Position numbers and translations under genes: made by a program. The notes beneath the pieces were generated by a model. It made no database searches, had not been told where the DNA came from, and saw only the letters and a program-made list of their open reading frames with translations. A DNA stretch of 64,000 bases from Promethearchaeota archaeon (GTDB lineage: Archaea; Asgardarchaeota; Lokiarchaeia; Sigyniarchaeales; SOKP01): NCBI GenBank assembly GCA_030599585.1, contig JAUVNS010000005.1:224001-288000 (forward strand), written 5' to 3'. Of the stretch, positions 1 to 10,094 are shown one piece after another (position 1 is the stretch's first letter; each line of letters opens with the position of its first letter).

Positions 1-502
1 ATATCGTCAAGGATTCACCGAAAAATAAAAAGAAGGGAAATAACCCGTTCAAGCCGCAAAAAATGGAACCCACTAAAGCAATCAGAAATGAAAATATGAC
101 CACTCTATATATTCTCTTGTTCTCGTAGTTTATATATGTTTTTGGGGTTAGAAACATTAATCCTTTTAAAATGGGAGAATTAAATTCTTTTTTACTGAAC
201 TCTGGTGTGATGATGTCATCTTTATTATCAATAAGCGAATTATAAGCGTGGAGCCCTAATTCCGACAAATAATACTTTTTGTCGCCTTGTTGTTCAATTA
301 GACTAGACAAAGTATCTAAATGATGGTAAATAGTGCCTGTGCTCACTTTCAACTCATTTTTAAGGTAAGTAAATGAAGAAAATTTATTTTCCCCGATAAT
401 TTTAATTATTTTTCTTCTTAATTCGTGACTTAATGCATAGTAATAATTAGCCTCGGCGTCAGCAGAGTCACTTTTTTTTTCTATGTTTTCTTTTTTTGTA
501 AT
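1..502 (-). CDS. ArsR/HxlR-like winged-helix regulator with downstream hydrophobic segment (3' partial, absent from ORF track)
   Basis: Manual translation gives ITKKENIEKK...YYALSHELRRKIIKIIG...SFTYLKNELKVSTGTIYHHLDTL...YYLSELG (wHTH pattern). No ATG/GTG/TTG precedes the domain; ATT at 502 follows GGAAGGGA. Confidence 0.75.
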   Translation of the reverse strand, partial: MTKKENIEKKSDSADAEANYYYALSHELRRKIIKIIGENKFSSFTYLKNELKVSTGTIYHHLDTLSSLIEQQGDKKYYLSELGLHAYNSLIDNKDDIITPEFSKKEFNSPILKGLMFLTPKTYINYENKRIYRVVIFSFLIALVGSIFCGLNGLFPFFLFFGESLTI

Positions 503-522
503 TTTTAAATCCCTTCCAAATT

Positions 523-930
523 TTATTCTTGTTTGGTTAAGAGTATGTTTAAAATTTCGAAAAATATCAGAATCGAACCAATAACTGAAAAGTAAAACCC
601 GATTTCTGCATAGGGGATATAAAGGAGTTCTCGGGGAATGATCTCGATTATAAATATTAAAAAAAACCCAAGTCCGATGAAGTTAATGATTACAGAATTA
701 ATCTTATAATCCAAATTATATAGAATAACAATAGCCCCAACTAAACATATTATCCCACAAATTAGGGGAAAAAGATATAAAAAGGAATCTTCAATAGCTA
801 CACTCACTGAAATGATATAAATATATAATAAAGATTGGTTAGAGAACCAAGGTAAAAATTGAGACAATATCAACAATACCGAACCAGTTAATCCTAATAA
901 CCGAAAATCTAAATATCTTTTGATATTCAT
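523..930 (-). CDS. small membrane protein (~4 TM), unknown function
   Basis: 135-aa ORF with hydrophobic segments and an LPWF motif; co-oriented with the wHTH gene. Confidence 0.7.
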   Translation of the reverse strand: MNIKRYLDFRLLGLTGSVLLILSQFLPWFSNQSLLYIYIISVSVAIEDSFLYLFPLICGIICLVGAIVILYNLDYKINSVIINFIGLGFFLIFIIEIIPRELLYIPYAEIGFYFSVIGSILIFFEILNILLTKQE

Positions 931-1049
931 TATATCTCATCTTTTTGAATTATTTATTATTTAAATGTTCAAATACTATAAACTAAAATACTAATATTAA
1001 TTTAAGTCTTAAAATACATCTCATTAAAAATAATCATTTATTGATCAAG

Positions 1050-2453
1050 ATGTCATCAGAAAAAAATAAAGAAATTGATGTCGATTCGATTCACATTGTT
1101 GATTATTTGAAAAAAGATATACCCGTCGAGGACCTTAGAGACTTTTCTTCTTCGAGAAGAATTGGAAGCATAGATTTCGTCAAGGGAATAGCAATTATTC
1201 TTATAATTGGAGCGCATTCCGCTAAAGCGTGGCTTGTGCCTCATTGGCAGTTTTTTTATGGGATTGGTTTTGCCTTTCTGGACATTGTTGGACCGTCTTT
1301 ATTCGTTTTCTTGTCAGCTCTAAGCGTCGTTTTTAGTATACGCCGCAAAAAGGGAGAAGTAAAGGAGAAGATTATAAGAAATAGAATTTTTTCTCGGGGT
1401 ATTATGATTATCGTAATAGCGGTTATATTTAATTTAGTTTCTATCGAGTTTACCGTCCCAGGTTATTCTTTTCCCGCCACACTTTGGGGTTGGAACATTC
1501 TGATGTTCATAGGTTTTGCGCAGATATTTTCTTATTATGCATTGAAACTTAGTAAAATTGCTCGGGCTATCATTGGTTTCATTATTATCTTTGCATCTGA
1601 CTCAATTCGGCTGTATCTTTTTCAAGGAAAAGAAGCAGGAGATTTAATAAGTACTGTTCTGCATTACATTATAACTTCTCCCTCTCCTATGACACCGTTA
1701 TTACCATGGATTTCAATCTGCTTTATCTCATCGATTTTTGGAGAATACTTGTATGAAGCCATGGTTGGAGGAACGATAAAAGACTATAAAAAGTTATTTC
1801 GAACATTCTTATATTGGGGAATATTTTTCATCCTCGTAGGTATTTTTCTAGGTAGAAATTCATATTTACCATCTCTGACTGGAGACGAGTTTATTTTAGC
1901 TACGAATACTACAATAGGAAGGCTACCTGCAAATGAATACCCCCACATCCTTCTTTGGTATGACATGATAACCCAAAAATTTCTACCCGATATTACTTAT
2001 CCTGGTATGTGGGAATTTACGATAAGGGGAAGAGCCCCTAACATGATATATAATTTAGGTGCTGCCCTTATTCTCATTGCAGTATGTTTCTACTTCATAG
2101 ATATTAAAAAAAAGATGAATAATTTTATAACAATGATAAATTATTTTGGAAAAGTATCATTAAGCTTGTTTTTGCTACATTTTGTTTTTATAACTCTGTT
2201 TTTGAATACCCTAGATTTCGTCGCTTATGCCTTTTTATATTTTTCATACGTGGGATCTTGGGGGTTCATAATGTATATATGGAACGAGTTCTATGACGGT
2301 GTAGGGTCGCCGGAATGGCTTATGGTTCAAATTGGAAGAATCGGACAAAAAACGGGGAAAACAGTAAAGAAAGAAATTCTCGTCATCGAAGAAGAAATAA
2401 AAGAAACGGTTCATAAAATAAGAAAAGACCATGACGAAGGATCAAAGAAATAA
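1050..2453 (+). CDS. HGSNAT-like (DUF1624) multi-pass membrane acyltransferase
   Basis: RIGSIDFVKGIAIILIIGAH motif, PLLPW, GKVSLSLFLLH, many TM helices; ATG 1050 chosen over TTG 1041. Confidence 0.7.
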   Translation: MSSEKNKEIDVDSIHIVDYLKKDIPVEDLRDFSSSRRIGSIDFVKGIAIILIIGAHSAKAWLVPHWQFFYGIGFAFLDIVGPSLFVFLSALSVVFSIRRKKGEVKEKIIRNRIFSRGIMIIVIAVIFNLVSIEFTVPGYSFPATLWGWNILMFIGFAQIFSYYALKLSKIARAIIGFIIIFASDSIRLYLFQGKEAGDLISTVLHYIITSPSPMTPLLPWISICFISSIFGEYLYEAMVGGTIKDYKKLFRTFLYWGIFFILVGIFLGRNSYLPSLTGDEFILATNTTIGRLPANEYPHILLWYDMITQKFLPDITYPGMWEFTIRGRAPNMIYNLGAALILIAVCFYFIDIKKKMNNFITMINYFGKVSLSLFLLHFVFITLFLNTLDFVAYAFLYFSYVGSWGFIMYIWNEFYDGVGSPEWLMVQIGRIGQKTGKTVKKEILVIEEEIKETVHKIRKDHDEGSKK

Positions 2454-2628
2454 CATTCAATCTAAATTTCGATTTCTAATTAACTTTATTTAGAAATTAC
2501 ATCTTCTACCCATTTTTTTTAACTTATATAATAAAGTTTAAATTTTCATAAATTAAGAATACTTTATAATTTCGTAGTTATTGATTTACGAATAACATTC
2601 AATTTATCAACATAGCGATGAGTAAAAA

Positions 2629-3897
2629 ATGTCAATTGAAAACGAATTTGGAACAGCAACCGAATCCCCTCCGCTCTTTAACTATTTGCAAGAACTAATT
2701 CCTTTAGAAGATATCCGAGATTTTGCTTCTCCAAAGCGTATCGGAAGTATCGATTTTGTAAAAGGTTTTGCAATAGTTTTTATTATATTAGCACATTCAG
2801 CTGCCGTTTGGTTAAACAGTGAAAATTACTATCTTTATGGCGTGCTATTTGCACTGCTTGATTTTCTTGGGCCGTCCTTGTTTGTTTTTCTTTCAGCTTT
2901 AAGCGTGATTTTCAGTATTCGAAACAAACAGAACAAATTGCCCTCTAAAGTGATACGTATGAGGATATTTTCTAGAGGCATTATTATCATCCTTATTGCG
3001 ACAATTTATAATGTTACATCTCTTAGTATAGAAGCTCCTTCTGTTCCTTTTCCTCTAAACCTCTGGGGGTGGAACATCCTAATGTTCATCGGCTTTTCGC
3101 AAATCTTTTCTTATTATGCAGTAAGATTGACAAAGCTTTCTAGAGCTATTATAGGAATTGTAATTGTTTTCTCTTCAAATTTCATAAGAGATCTCCTCTT
3201 CATCCCAGGTATTGAAGATGGTAATTTGATAGTTATTTTCGTTCATTTTCTTGTAGTAGGTCCTCTTCCTATGGTTCCACTCCTACCTGGATTGGCGATC
3301 TGCTTTATTTCTACAATTTTTGGAGAATATCTTTACGAAGCGATGAATAAAGGAACTCACGACGCGTACGTTGGATTGTTTCGTATCTTTATGATATGGA
3401 GTATAATTTTAATTTTAATTGGCATAGGATTTGGATTTCAATTATATACCCGTGACACGATACTAGGGGGCGTTTCTGAATACCCAAATATAGCTCTCCT
3501 AGATGTGGCAAATAGACCAGCTTTTATTAATCTCCCTGGAATGCCCGAGTTTTTAATCAGAGGAAGAGGCCCAAATTTGATATATAATTTAGGTGCTGCT
3601 TTATTAGTTATTTCTATTAGCTTTTACTTCATTGACATTAAGAAAAATTATGGTAATTTTGTTAAAATGCTGGTATACTACGGTAAGGTATCTTTAAGTT
3701 TGTTTTTCGTTCATCAAATATTCCTCGGTTTGTTCAGTAGACAATTTGACCTTATTCTATTTCTTACCACAGATATAACCTATATAGGTATGATGGGCTT
3801 TCTAATGTATATTTGGATGGAGTATGCCAATGGTGTTGGATCCCCGGAATGGTTAATGGCTGCGATGGGTAGATTTGGAAAAAAAAAGCGAAAATAG
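2629..3897 (+). CDS. HGSNAT-like (DUF1624) membrane acyltransferase, tandem paralog
   Basis: RIGSIDFVKGFAIVFIILAH; shares LWGWNILMFIGF and GVGSPEWLM blocks with the upstream gene. Confidence 0.7.
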   Translation: MSIENEFGTATESPPLFNYLQELIPLEDIRDFASPKRIGSIDFVKGFAIVFIILAHSAAVWLNSENYYLYGVLFALLDFLGPSLFVFLSALSVIFSIRNKQNKLPSKVIRMRIFSRGIIIILIATIYNVTSLSIEAPSVPFPLNLWGWNILMFIGFSQIFSYYAVRLTKLSRAIIGIVIVFSSNFIRDLLFIPGIEDGNLIVIFVHFLVVGPLPMVPLLPGLAICFISTIFGEYLYEAMNKGTHDAYVGLFRIFMIWSIILILIGIGFGFQLYTRDTILGGVSEYPNIALLDVANRPAFINLPGMPEFLIRGRGPNLIYNLGAALLVISISFYFIDIKKNYGNFVKMLVYYGKVSLSLFFVHQIFLGLFSRQFDLILFLTTDITYIGMMGFLMYIWMEYANGVGSPEWLMAAMGRFGKKKRK

Positions 3898-4028
3898 AAA
3901 ATCGTTATTGGCGTAAAATTCAACCCAAATAGATTTTATTTTGCTCTTTAAATGTGGTTATAACTATTAAATTTACCTTTAAGATAATTATATATATAAA
4001 TAATTCTATATTGAATTGGTGACCCCTA

Positions 4029-4547
4029 TTGGATAAATCGTCTTATAAATTTAAAGTATGCTTGTTTGGTCCTGGAAATGTGGGTAAAACCTCATTACTT
4101 ATTAGATACATTAAAGATTTCTTTAACACTGATTTGAAAAAAACCATTGGCTCGAGTTTCTTGATAAAAGATGTAGTAATTGATGAAGTAGATGTCAGAC
4201 TCTTGCTATGGGATATAGGCGGTCAAGATATTTTTAAAAAATTGCGAACGATTTATTTTAAGGGAAGTAATGCCGCTTTTGGTGTATTTGATGTGACTGA
4301 TCCCCAATCTCTTTTAAAACTTCCTGGATGGGTAAGCAGTATTAAGAAAACAGTGAAAAAAAGTATCCCAATGATCATCGTTGGTAATAAGATTGATTTG
4401 GAACGCCAAGTTGGGAGACAAGAAGCAGAAGATCTAGCAAAAAGATTAAATTGTGATTATTTAGAAACATCTGCTAAAACAGGAGAAAAAGTTGAGATTG
4501 CCTTTGAAAAAATTGCTCGAGCTTGTCTGAACTCAATTAGAGTATAA
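4029..4547 (+). CDS. Rab-like small GTPase
   Basis: G1 GPGNVGKTS, G2 TIG, G3 WDIGGQ, G4 NKID, G5 ETSAK; TTG start with GGTGA SD; no C-terminal prenylation motif. Confidence 0.95.
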   Translation: MDKSSYKFKVCLFGPGNVGKTSLLIRYIKDFFNTDLKKTIGSSFLIKDVVIDEVDVRLLLWDIGGQDIFKKLRTIYFKGSNAAFGVFDVTDPQSLLKLPGWVSSIKKTVKKSIPMIIVGNKIDLERQVGRQEAEDLAKRLNCDYLETSAKTGEKVEIAFEKIARACLNSIRV

Positions 4548-4578
4548 TCTAATCTGAAATGTCTTATTGAATTAATAA

Positions 4579-5202
4579 TTAACTCATTTTTATGCCATAG
4601 TTTAGAAGTTCTTCAACCAATTTATCTAATCCCATATATCTAATCGAATTTATACCCATCTCTTTAGCTGATCGGACGTTGTTTAAGCCATCATCGATAA
4701 ATAAAATCTCTTTTGGTTTGCATCCAGCTATTTTTATGGCAAGTTTAAAAACTTTCGGATCTGGTTTTGTGAGATGAATTTCATGAGAAAGTATAAATTC
4801 ATCAAAGAGTTCCCAAATATCCCATTTTTGTTTCTTTAGAAAGTTCCAATGGCTTGAATTGATATTTGACATACAGATAAGTTTAAAACTGTTAAAAGTT
4901 TTAATCTTTTTTATCAAATCTACCATTTCTAAATTAAGCTTGTCAATGATGCTGTTAAAAGAATCGAAAAATTGATCCTGATTGAGAGAACAATCTCCTA
5001 GTATTTCACAAGATTGTTTATAAAATTCTTCATCCGTTATCTTACCTTGATGGTATATGTCTGATTGACGAAAAAATTCTAACATTATTGGAGTTTGAGG
5101 TTTATTCAACGGAGATGGTGTAATAACATCATTGAAAAATCTACTAAAATCCAAATCAATTAAAACATCTCCTAAATCAATAATTACACATTTAATCGTC
5201 AT
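4579..5202 (-). CDS. HAD-superfamily phosphatase (YihX-like)
   Basis: IIDLGDVL, MSN, KPDP, FIDD motifs; start moved to ATG 5202 (GGAG upstream), which removes the overlap with thrS. Confidence 0.85.
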   Translation of the reverse strand: MTIKCVIIDLGDVLIDLDFSRFFNDVITPSPLNKPQTPIMLEFFRQSDIYHQGKITDEEFYKQSCEILGDCSLNQDQFFDSFNSIIDKLNLEMVDLIKKIKTFNSFKLICMSNINSSHWNFLKKQKWDIWELFDEFILSHEIHLTKPDPKVFKLAIKIAGCKPKEILFIDDGLNNVRSAKEMGINSIRYMGLDKLVEELLNYGIKMS

Positions 5203-5236
5203 TCTCATCATCTCCAATCTTTTTTTATATAAAACT

Positions 5237-7297
5237 TTACTTTCTGAAAGAAATCTTAGTCGAAAATTTTCTAAATGGTTTAGGCAATTTATGTTTAGGA
5301 AATCCTTTCGTGTCTTCATTAAGCATTTCAATAAGTTCGCTCAGTTTAACATTGTTGACATTTTTTGACGTTTCCTTTTTTGGACCTATTGGATAACCTA
5401 TTAGCCTTTTTCTTACTGAAATAGTTTGATTTTCTTGCTCTTTTGCACCGAGTATTATGGTATAGGGAATCCAATCAATTTCGGATTGTCTAATTTTTTT
5501 ACCTAATTTTTCATTTCTATCGTCAAAATCTACTCTGTAGGATTCTTTACTAAGAATTTTGAGTATTTTCTCAGCATAGTCGTGCTGATCATTGCTTATA
5601 GTTAAAATCCTTACTTGGATAGGAGATAACCACGTTCTAAATCCCGGAACGATTTTATCTTTATCTCGAATTGCCGTCTCGATTAATCCCCACAAGATCC
5701 TCTCTAATCCTCCTGTTGGAGAATTATGAAGAATGACCGGATATTTCTTTGTACCATCAGTATCTGTAAAATTAATGTCGTATTTTTGTCTCTTTTTTCC
5801 TTCGTTATCTACCATATATTCAAGCGAGCTTTCTACGTCAATTTGGTTAGTTGAGAGCGTAGCGCTTCTATTCTGAGCTGAGAGGACGGGTCTTTCGAAC
5901 TTTAAAACAAAGTAAAAGTATCGTTCTTCCCATAATTCTAATAAAGCTGGTTGTCCTTCTTTCTTTATTAATTCTTTAATCCATTCCTTATTTTCTTTAT
6001 AAAAATCTTGAGTTGCTCTGAAAATTATGTAAGATTTTATTCCCAGGTCGTCTAAAAGGTTTTTTATTAAGAAATATTGACTTTTAAATTCTTCTACTGA
6101 AGACTTCACATCTTTGCATAATGTGTGCATATCAGGCATTACAAAACTTCTTAACCTTCTCAAACCTGTAAGTTCTCCTTTCATTTCTCGTCTAAAGGAA
6201 TATTGTTCCCATTCATATACTCGTAATGGAAAATAATGAGGTTTTAAATTCATAGAACTTAATAAATCAAAAAGTAAGAAATCAGAAGCATATCTTAATA
6301 TATACCTATCACTTCCCGATTCAACCCAATAACTCCTTGCTGGAAAACGTGCAGTTTGTGCAGTCAATTTTTTGTTTTTAGTAGTATACATAAGGGGAGT
6401 GTCGATAAGAATAGCACCGTAATCAATTATCCTATCTTCCACAAAACTCTTAATCAAGTTTTTCATGATCACTCCCTTACTATACCAACGGAGATTCCCC
6501 GCATCTGTGTTTGGATCGAAATCTACAAGCTCAAATTCTTTCATTACTTTGATATGAGCTGGTTCGATGCCTTCATCTGTTCTTTTTGTTCCTAATTCAG
6601 ATTCTAAGAAAAGCTGGAAATCTTCGTCTTTAATCTCTTTTAAGGGTAAAACATTCTTATCATCATCAAATTTTAAATCTAATTCAGTTCCTTGGGGTGT
6701 AATTACTTTAAATACTGCCGTTTCTATGTGTTCTTCAGGTTGAATGTATAACTTTACATCTCGGTACATCTCAGCCACTTCATGACCTATACAGTTAATT
6801 TTAAAAGACTTATACCATCCAAAGGGAGAATAACTTGCTTCGACACCCTTTTCTTCTAAAAATTTAGCGATTTTAGGACAGACATCCATAGCGTTTGCTT
6901 CATTACTAAGAAATTTGCTTAAATGCGCCCAGGGGTATACTAATACTTGATCAACCCTGTAATTATCCCTTTCCTTTATTAGCTCAAGGATTTTTCTTGG
7001 TTTTCCTTTGATTTGGCCACTTTCAATCTTTTTATTATATTCTCTTATCTCTTCGTTTTTCCGTCTAATTATTTCAGGAAAATTCGTTATTTGAATTATT
7101 GCATCTTCTATAACTTGAGCACCTTGTTTTGAAATTAAATCTGTATCGTAAGTATCTTGATCTTCTACAGATACATAAGCTACCAAAATCAGGCCCTCCA
7201 TTTTAATTATATCTTCGGGAAAGTCTTGTGGATTGCTTGTGGCTACTTTATTTTTTATAACTTCTACCCCATCAGAGTGAATTAGTAAAATTTTCAT
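5237..7297 (-). CDS. thrS: threonyl-tRNA synthetase, archaeal type with N-terminal editing domain
   Basis: MKILLIHSD, VYPWAHLS, PFGWYKSFKINCIGH editing domain; FRREMKGELTGLRRLRSFVMPDMH; GGLER; anticodon-binding domain. Confidence 0.95.
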   Translation of the reverse strand: MKILLIHSDGVEVIKNKVATSNPQDFPEDIIKMEGLILVAYVSVEDQDTYDTDLISKQGAQVIEDAIIQITNFPEIIRRKNEEIREYNKKIESGQIKGKPRKILELIKERDNYRVDQVLVYPWAHLSKFLSNEANAMDVCPKIAKFLEEKGVEASYSPFGWYKSFKINCIGHEVAEMYRDVKLYIQPEEHIETAVFKVITPQGTELDLKFDDDKNVLPLKEIKDEDFQLFLESELGTKRTDEGIEPAHIKVMKEFELVDFDPNTDAGNLRWYSKGVIMKNLIKSFVEDRIIDYGAILIDTPLMYTTKNKKLTAQTARFPARSYWVESGSDRYILRYASDFLLFDLLSSMNLKPHYFPLRVYEWEQYSFRREMKGELTGLRRLRSFVMPDMHTLCKDVKSSVEEFKSQYFLIKNLLDDLGIKSYIIFRATQDFYKENKEWIKELIKKEGQPALLELWEERYFYFVLKFERPVLSAQNRSATLSTNQIDVESSLEYMVDNEGKKRQKYDINFTDTDGTKKYPVILHNSPTGGLERILWGLIETAIRDKDKIVPGFRTWLSPIQVRILTISNDQHDYAEKILKILSKESYRVDFDDRNEKLGKKIRQSEIDWIPYTIILGAKEQENQTISVRKRLIGYPIGPKKETSKNVNNVKLSELIEMLNEDTKGFPKHKLPKPFRKFSTKISFRK

Positions 7298-7393
7298 GAT
7301 TATATCAAAAATCCTAAATATTTTTCTTCCTTTTGATAATTAATATATTTAAAATTGAAATTAATTATTACTAAAATATTTAATCATAAAATC

Positions 7394-8014
7394 ATGAAGC
7401 TTAATGAGATTTTTACGGAATTAAATGAAACTTTAGAGAAGCTAGACAAAGATAGAGAAAGCATACTAAAATTATCTCGTACTATGATTCGTAATTGTAG
7501 TATTGCAATAAAAAATATTCATAGAAAGGAATATAGTCAATATCACCAGAAAATCTTAAATATTCAAAAAATCCATAAAGATATGCTACTTTTAGTAAGC
7601 AATAATCCTGGTGTATTCTCAAAGTATTTAAAAACTCCGGAACAAGAGTATACGGAAGCTATAGCGTTTTATGCTGTCATAACAAAAGAACCTCTTCCAT
7701 TACCCAGTGATTTGAATATCGATCCAATAAACTATGCTTTAGGTCTTGCTGATGTAATTGGGGAATTAAGAAGATACGCATTGGATAATATAAGGAATTC
7801 AATCGTAGATGATCTGAACTACATATTAGAATGCATGGATGATATATACACTCAATTATTTTCCATCGACTTTCCTGCCGGTTTGACAAAAGATCTAAGA
7901 CACAAAATAGATCAAGGAAGAAATATCATTGAAAAAACTAGAGGAGATGTATCTATTTCGCTTCAAATGAATGATCTAAAAAGTTGTATAGAAAAAAGTG
8001 AAAAAAATCGCTAA
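7394..8014 (+). CDS. translin/TRAX (C3PO-like) family protein
   Basis: RESILKLSR, QEYTEA, YALGLADVIGELRR, LRHKID motifs. Confidence 0.85.
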   Translation: MKLNEIFTELNETLEKLDKDRESILKLSRTMIRNCSIAIKNIHRKEYSQYHQKILNIQKIHKDMLLLVSNNPGVFSKYLKTPEQEYTEAIAFYAVITKEPLPLPSDLNIDPINYALGLADVIGELRRYALDNIRNSIVDDLNYILECMDDIYTQLFSIDFPAGLTKDLRHKIDQGRNIIEKTRGDVSISLQMNDLKSCIEKSEKNR

Positions 8015-8105
8015 AATTCTGCACTTCCATAGTAAAAGTACAATTTTTCAGATATTTGGTAAATATTTTTTGGTATATTATAAAATGTAAATGAGCTGAA
8101 AAAAA

Positions 8106-8543
8106 ATCGCAAAGAAAGTCTTAGTTGCCGGTACATTCGATATAATTCACCCTGGACACTTATATCTAATCAATGAAGCTGCAAAAATGGGTGATGTGTA
8201 CGTAATTGTTGCTACTGATATGAATAGAAAAATTTATTCTGGAGAAACACCTATAATTCCAGAAGACCAAAGGTTAGAAGTTATAAAAAGCATAAAAAAC
8301 GTAAAAGAAGCAAGATTGGGACGATCTGACAACGATACTCTCAAAACTGTTGAAGAAATTAACCCAGATATTATCCTTTTAGGTCCAGACCAAAAATATA
8401 ATCTCGAAACGTTGAAAGGAGAATTAGGAAAAAAAGGTTTAAGTAAAATTATGGTAAAAAGGTTGGATACTTACTATGAGAAATACTCGCTTCACTCTTC
8501 TAGCTTAATTAAAAAAAAAATAATAAAACAGTATAAGAATTAA
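8106..8543 (+). CDS. ribL: archaeal FAD synthetase (cytidylyltransferase family); true start uncertain
   Basis: In-frame upstream of the track ATG: IAKKVLVAGTFDIIHPGHLYLINEA (HxGH motif); LGPDQ and SSS motifs; adjacent to ribK. Confidence 0.8.
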   Translation: MAKKVLVAGTFDIIHPGHLYLINEAAKMGDVYVIVATDMNRKIYSGETPIIPEDQRLEVIKSIKNVKEARLGRSDNDTLKTVEEINPDIILLGPDQKYNLETLKGELGKKGLSKIMVKRLDTYYEKYSLHSSSLIKKKIIKQYKN

Positions 8544-8559
8544 AATTTTAAGTAAGGCT

Positions 8560-9273
8560 ATGTCAAATAAAGGAGAGATATCACCTGAAAACTATGCTAA
8601 TTGGTTTGCTCTCTATCAACTTTGTAAGAATATAGAATATAGGCAAACAATTACTATTAGCAGTGTAGAGTTTGGGAAACTTATAAACTTGAGTCAACAA
8701 ACTGCTGCGAGAAGAATTAGCGAACTGGAGAACCTCGGGTGGATTAAAAGAAAAACTGAGAAAAAAATCCAAAAAATTGTTGTTACGAGAGAAGGAAACA
8801 ATGTAATGCTCTTGATGTATAAAAATTTAAAGGAAATTCTTGGTAGCATTGTTATCTTAGGTTCTGTTCAGAGCGGAATAAAAGAAGGTGCTTACTATGT
8901 TGCAATTAAAGGATATTTTGAACAATTTCAAGATAAACTAGGGTTTTTCCCATATAAAGGCACATTGAATTTAGGACTAAATGATACAAATATCGATTTA
9001 TTAATAGAAAAACTAAAATATATTAAACCAGTGATTATTTCGGGATTTAAAGACGATAACTCAGAGCGGACTTACGGTAGCGTCCATTGTTATGATTGTT
9101 TTATATCTCGCTTAGATAATCATGAGAATAAAATTAAAGCTGCAATACTTGATATACAAAGAACTCATCACGAAAAAAATACAATTGAAATCTTGGCTAA
9201 ACCTTATTTGAGGGATTATTTTAACCTTAAAGATGGAGATAAATTAATTATTGAACTAAATTTTAGCAACTAA
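8560..9273 (+). CDS. ribK: CTP-dependent riboflavin kinase with N-terminal HTH
   Basis: SQQTAARRISELE HTH; GSVQSGIKEGAYY, PYKGTLN, RTHH, LRDYFNLKDGD. Confidence 0.92.
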   Translation: MSNKGEISPENYANWFALYQLCKNIEYRQTITISSVEFGKLINLSQQTAARRISELENLGWIKRKTEKKIQKIVVTREGNNVMLLMYKNLKEILGSIVILGSVQSGIKEGAYYVAIKGYFEQFQDKLGFFPYKGTLNLGLNDTNIDLLIEKLKYIKPVIISGFKDDNSERTYGSVHCYDCFISRLDNHENKIKAAILDIQRTHHEKNTIEILAKPYLRDYFNLKDGDKLIIELNFSN

Positions 9274-9317
9274 AAACAGGTTTAGCTTGGCAAAAGAATG
9301 ATGAGGGCTAAATAACT

Positions 9318-9941
9318 TTACACATTATTCTCGTATTCTTTTATAAGGGATTTAATTTTAAAATATCTAAAAAAAGCTGTGGCTAATACTAAAAGCATGA
9401 AAACGAATAAGAATTCGTTTACATAACCGATAAAATTCGCAACCAACATCGTGATCACTAGATAAAATAATCTTTCGGATCTTGCCATCAAGCCAAAATC
9501 AAAATCACCTTTAAAAAATACCTCCGCTCTCGCTCTTATATAACTTATCATAATCGAGCTAAAAAATGATATAAGGATGATTATTTTCATGTCAAAAATA
9601 CCCCATAAAGCGCTATTCCAGTTATAAATCAAAAGTGCCAAAAATATTACGAATTCACTTACTCTATCCATTAAAGAATCAAAAAATCCTCCAAATTTCG
9701 TTACCCTTTCTTGTTCCCTTGCGATTGCTCCATCAACCCCATCAAAAAAGCCAGTTGCGAAGACAAATAGTGAAAATAAGAGCAAATTCGATAAGAAGAC
9801 GAGAAGAATGAAACTTATAATAGAAAAACTGAGCATAGTAATCGTAGCCAAATTTGGGCTTAAACCCACTCTACTTAGGAGATGTGCAACTTTTTTTACT
9901 GAGGGTTTGAAAATTCTACGGAGTCTAAATTTTGATGCCAT
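9318..9941 (-). CDS. CDP-alcohol phosphatidyltransferase (archaetidylinositol-phosphate synthase-like)
   Basis: DGVDGAIAR...FGGFFDSLMDR signature; SYIRARAE; RSERL. Confidence 0.9.
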   Translation of the reverse strand: MASKFRLRRIFKPSVKKVAHLLSRVGLSPNLATITMLSFSIISFILLVFLSNLLLFSLFVFATGFFDGVDGAIAREQERVTKFGGFFDSLMDRVSEFVIFLALLIYNWNSALWGIFDMKIIILISFFSSIMISYIRARAEVFFKGDFDFGLMARSERLFYLVITMLVANFIGYVNEFLFVFMLLVLATAFFRYFKIKSLIKEYENNV

Positions 9942-9973
9942 ATCTCATATATTTTAACAATTAATTATTTTAA

Positions 9974-10064
9974 CAATTAAAATTATTAAAAATAATAATT
10001 TTAAATAGCTTAATAAAACCAATTAAAATTATTAAAAATAATAATTTTAAATAGCTTAATAAAA
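9974..10064. repeat. perfect 45-bp tandem duplication (46-bp period) containing an 11-bp inverted repeat
   Basis: CAATTAAAATTATTAAAAATAATAATTTTAAATAGCTTAATAAAA at 9974-10018 and 10020-10064. Confidence 0.9.
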
Positions 10065-10094
10065 AGATTAAAGAAAAATTTTATGTGATTCTCA

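Noticed and set aside
5203-5331. 95-bp overlap between the HAD gene and thrS
   Set aside because: Artefact of longest-ORF calling; an SD-supported ATG at 5202 removes it
8097-8099. Selenocysteine at the in-frame TGA of ribL
   Set aside because: Codon 3 is not a Cys-equivalent catalytic site and I see no SECIS-like hairpin
9974-10064. Possible CRISPR array
   Set aside because: Only two abutting copies, no spacers, no cas genes
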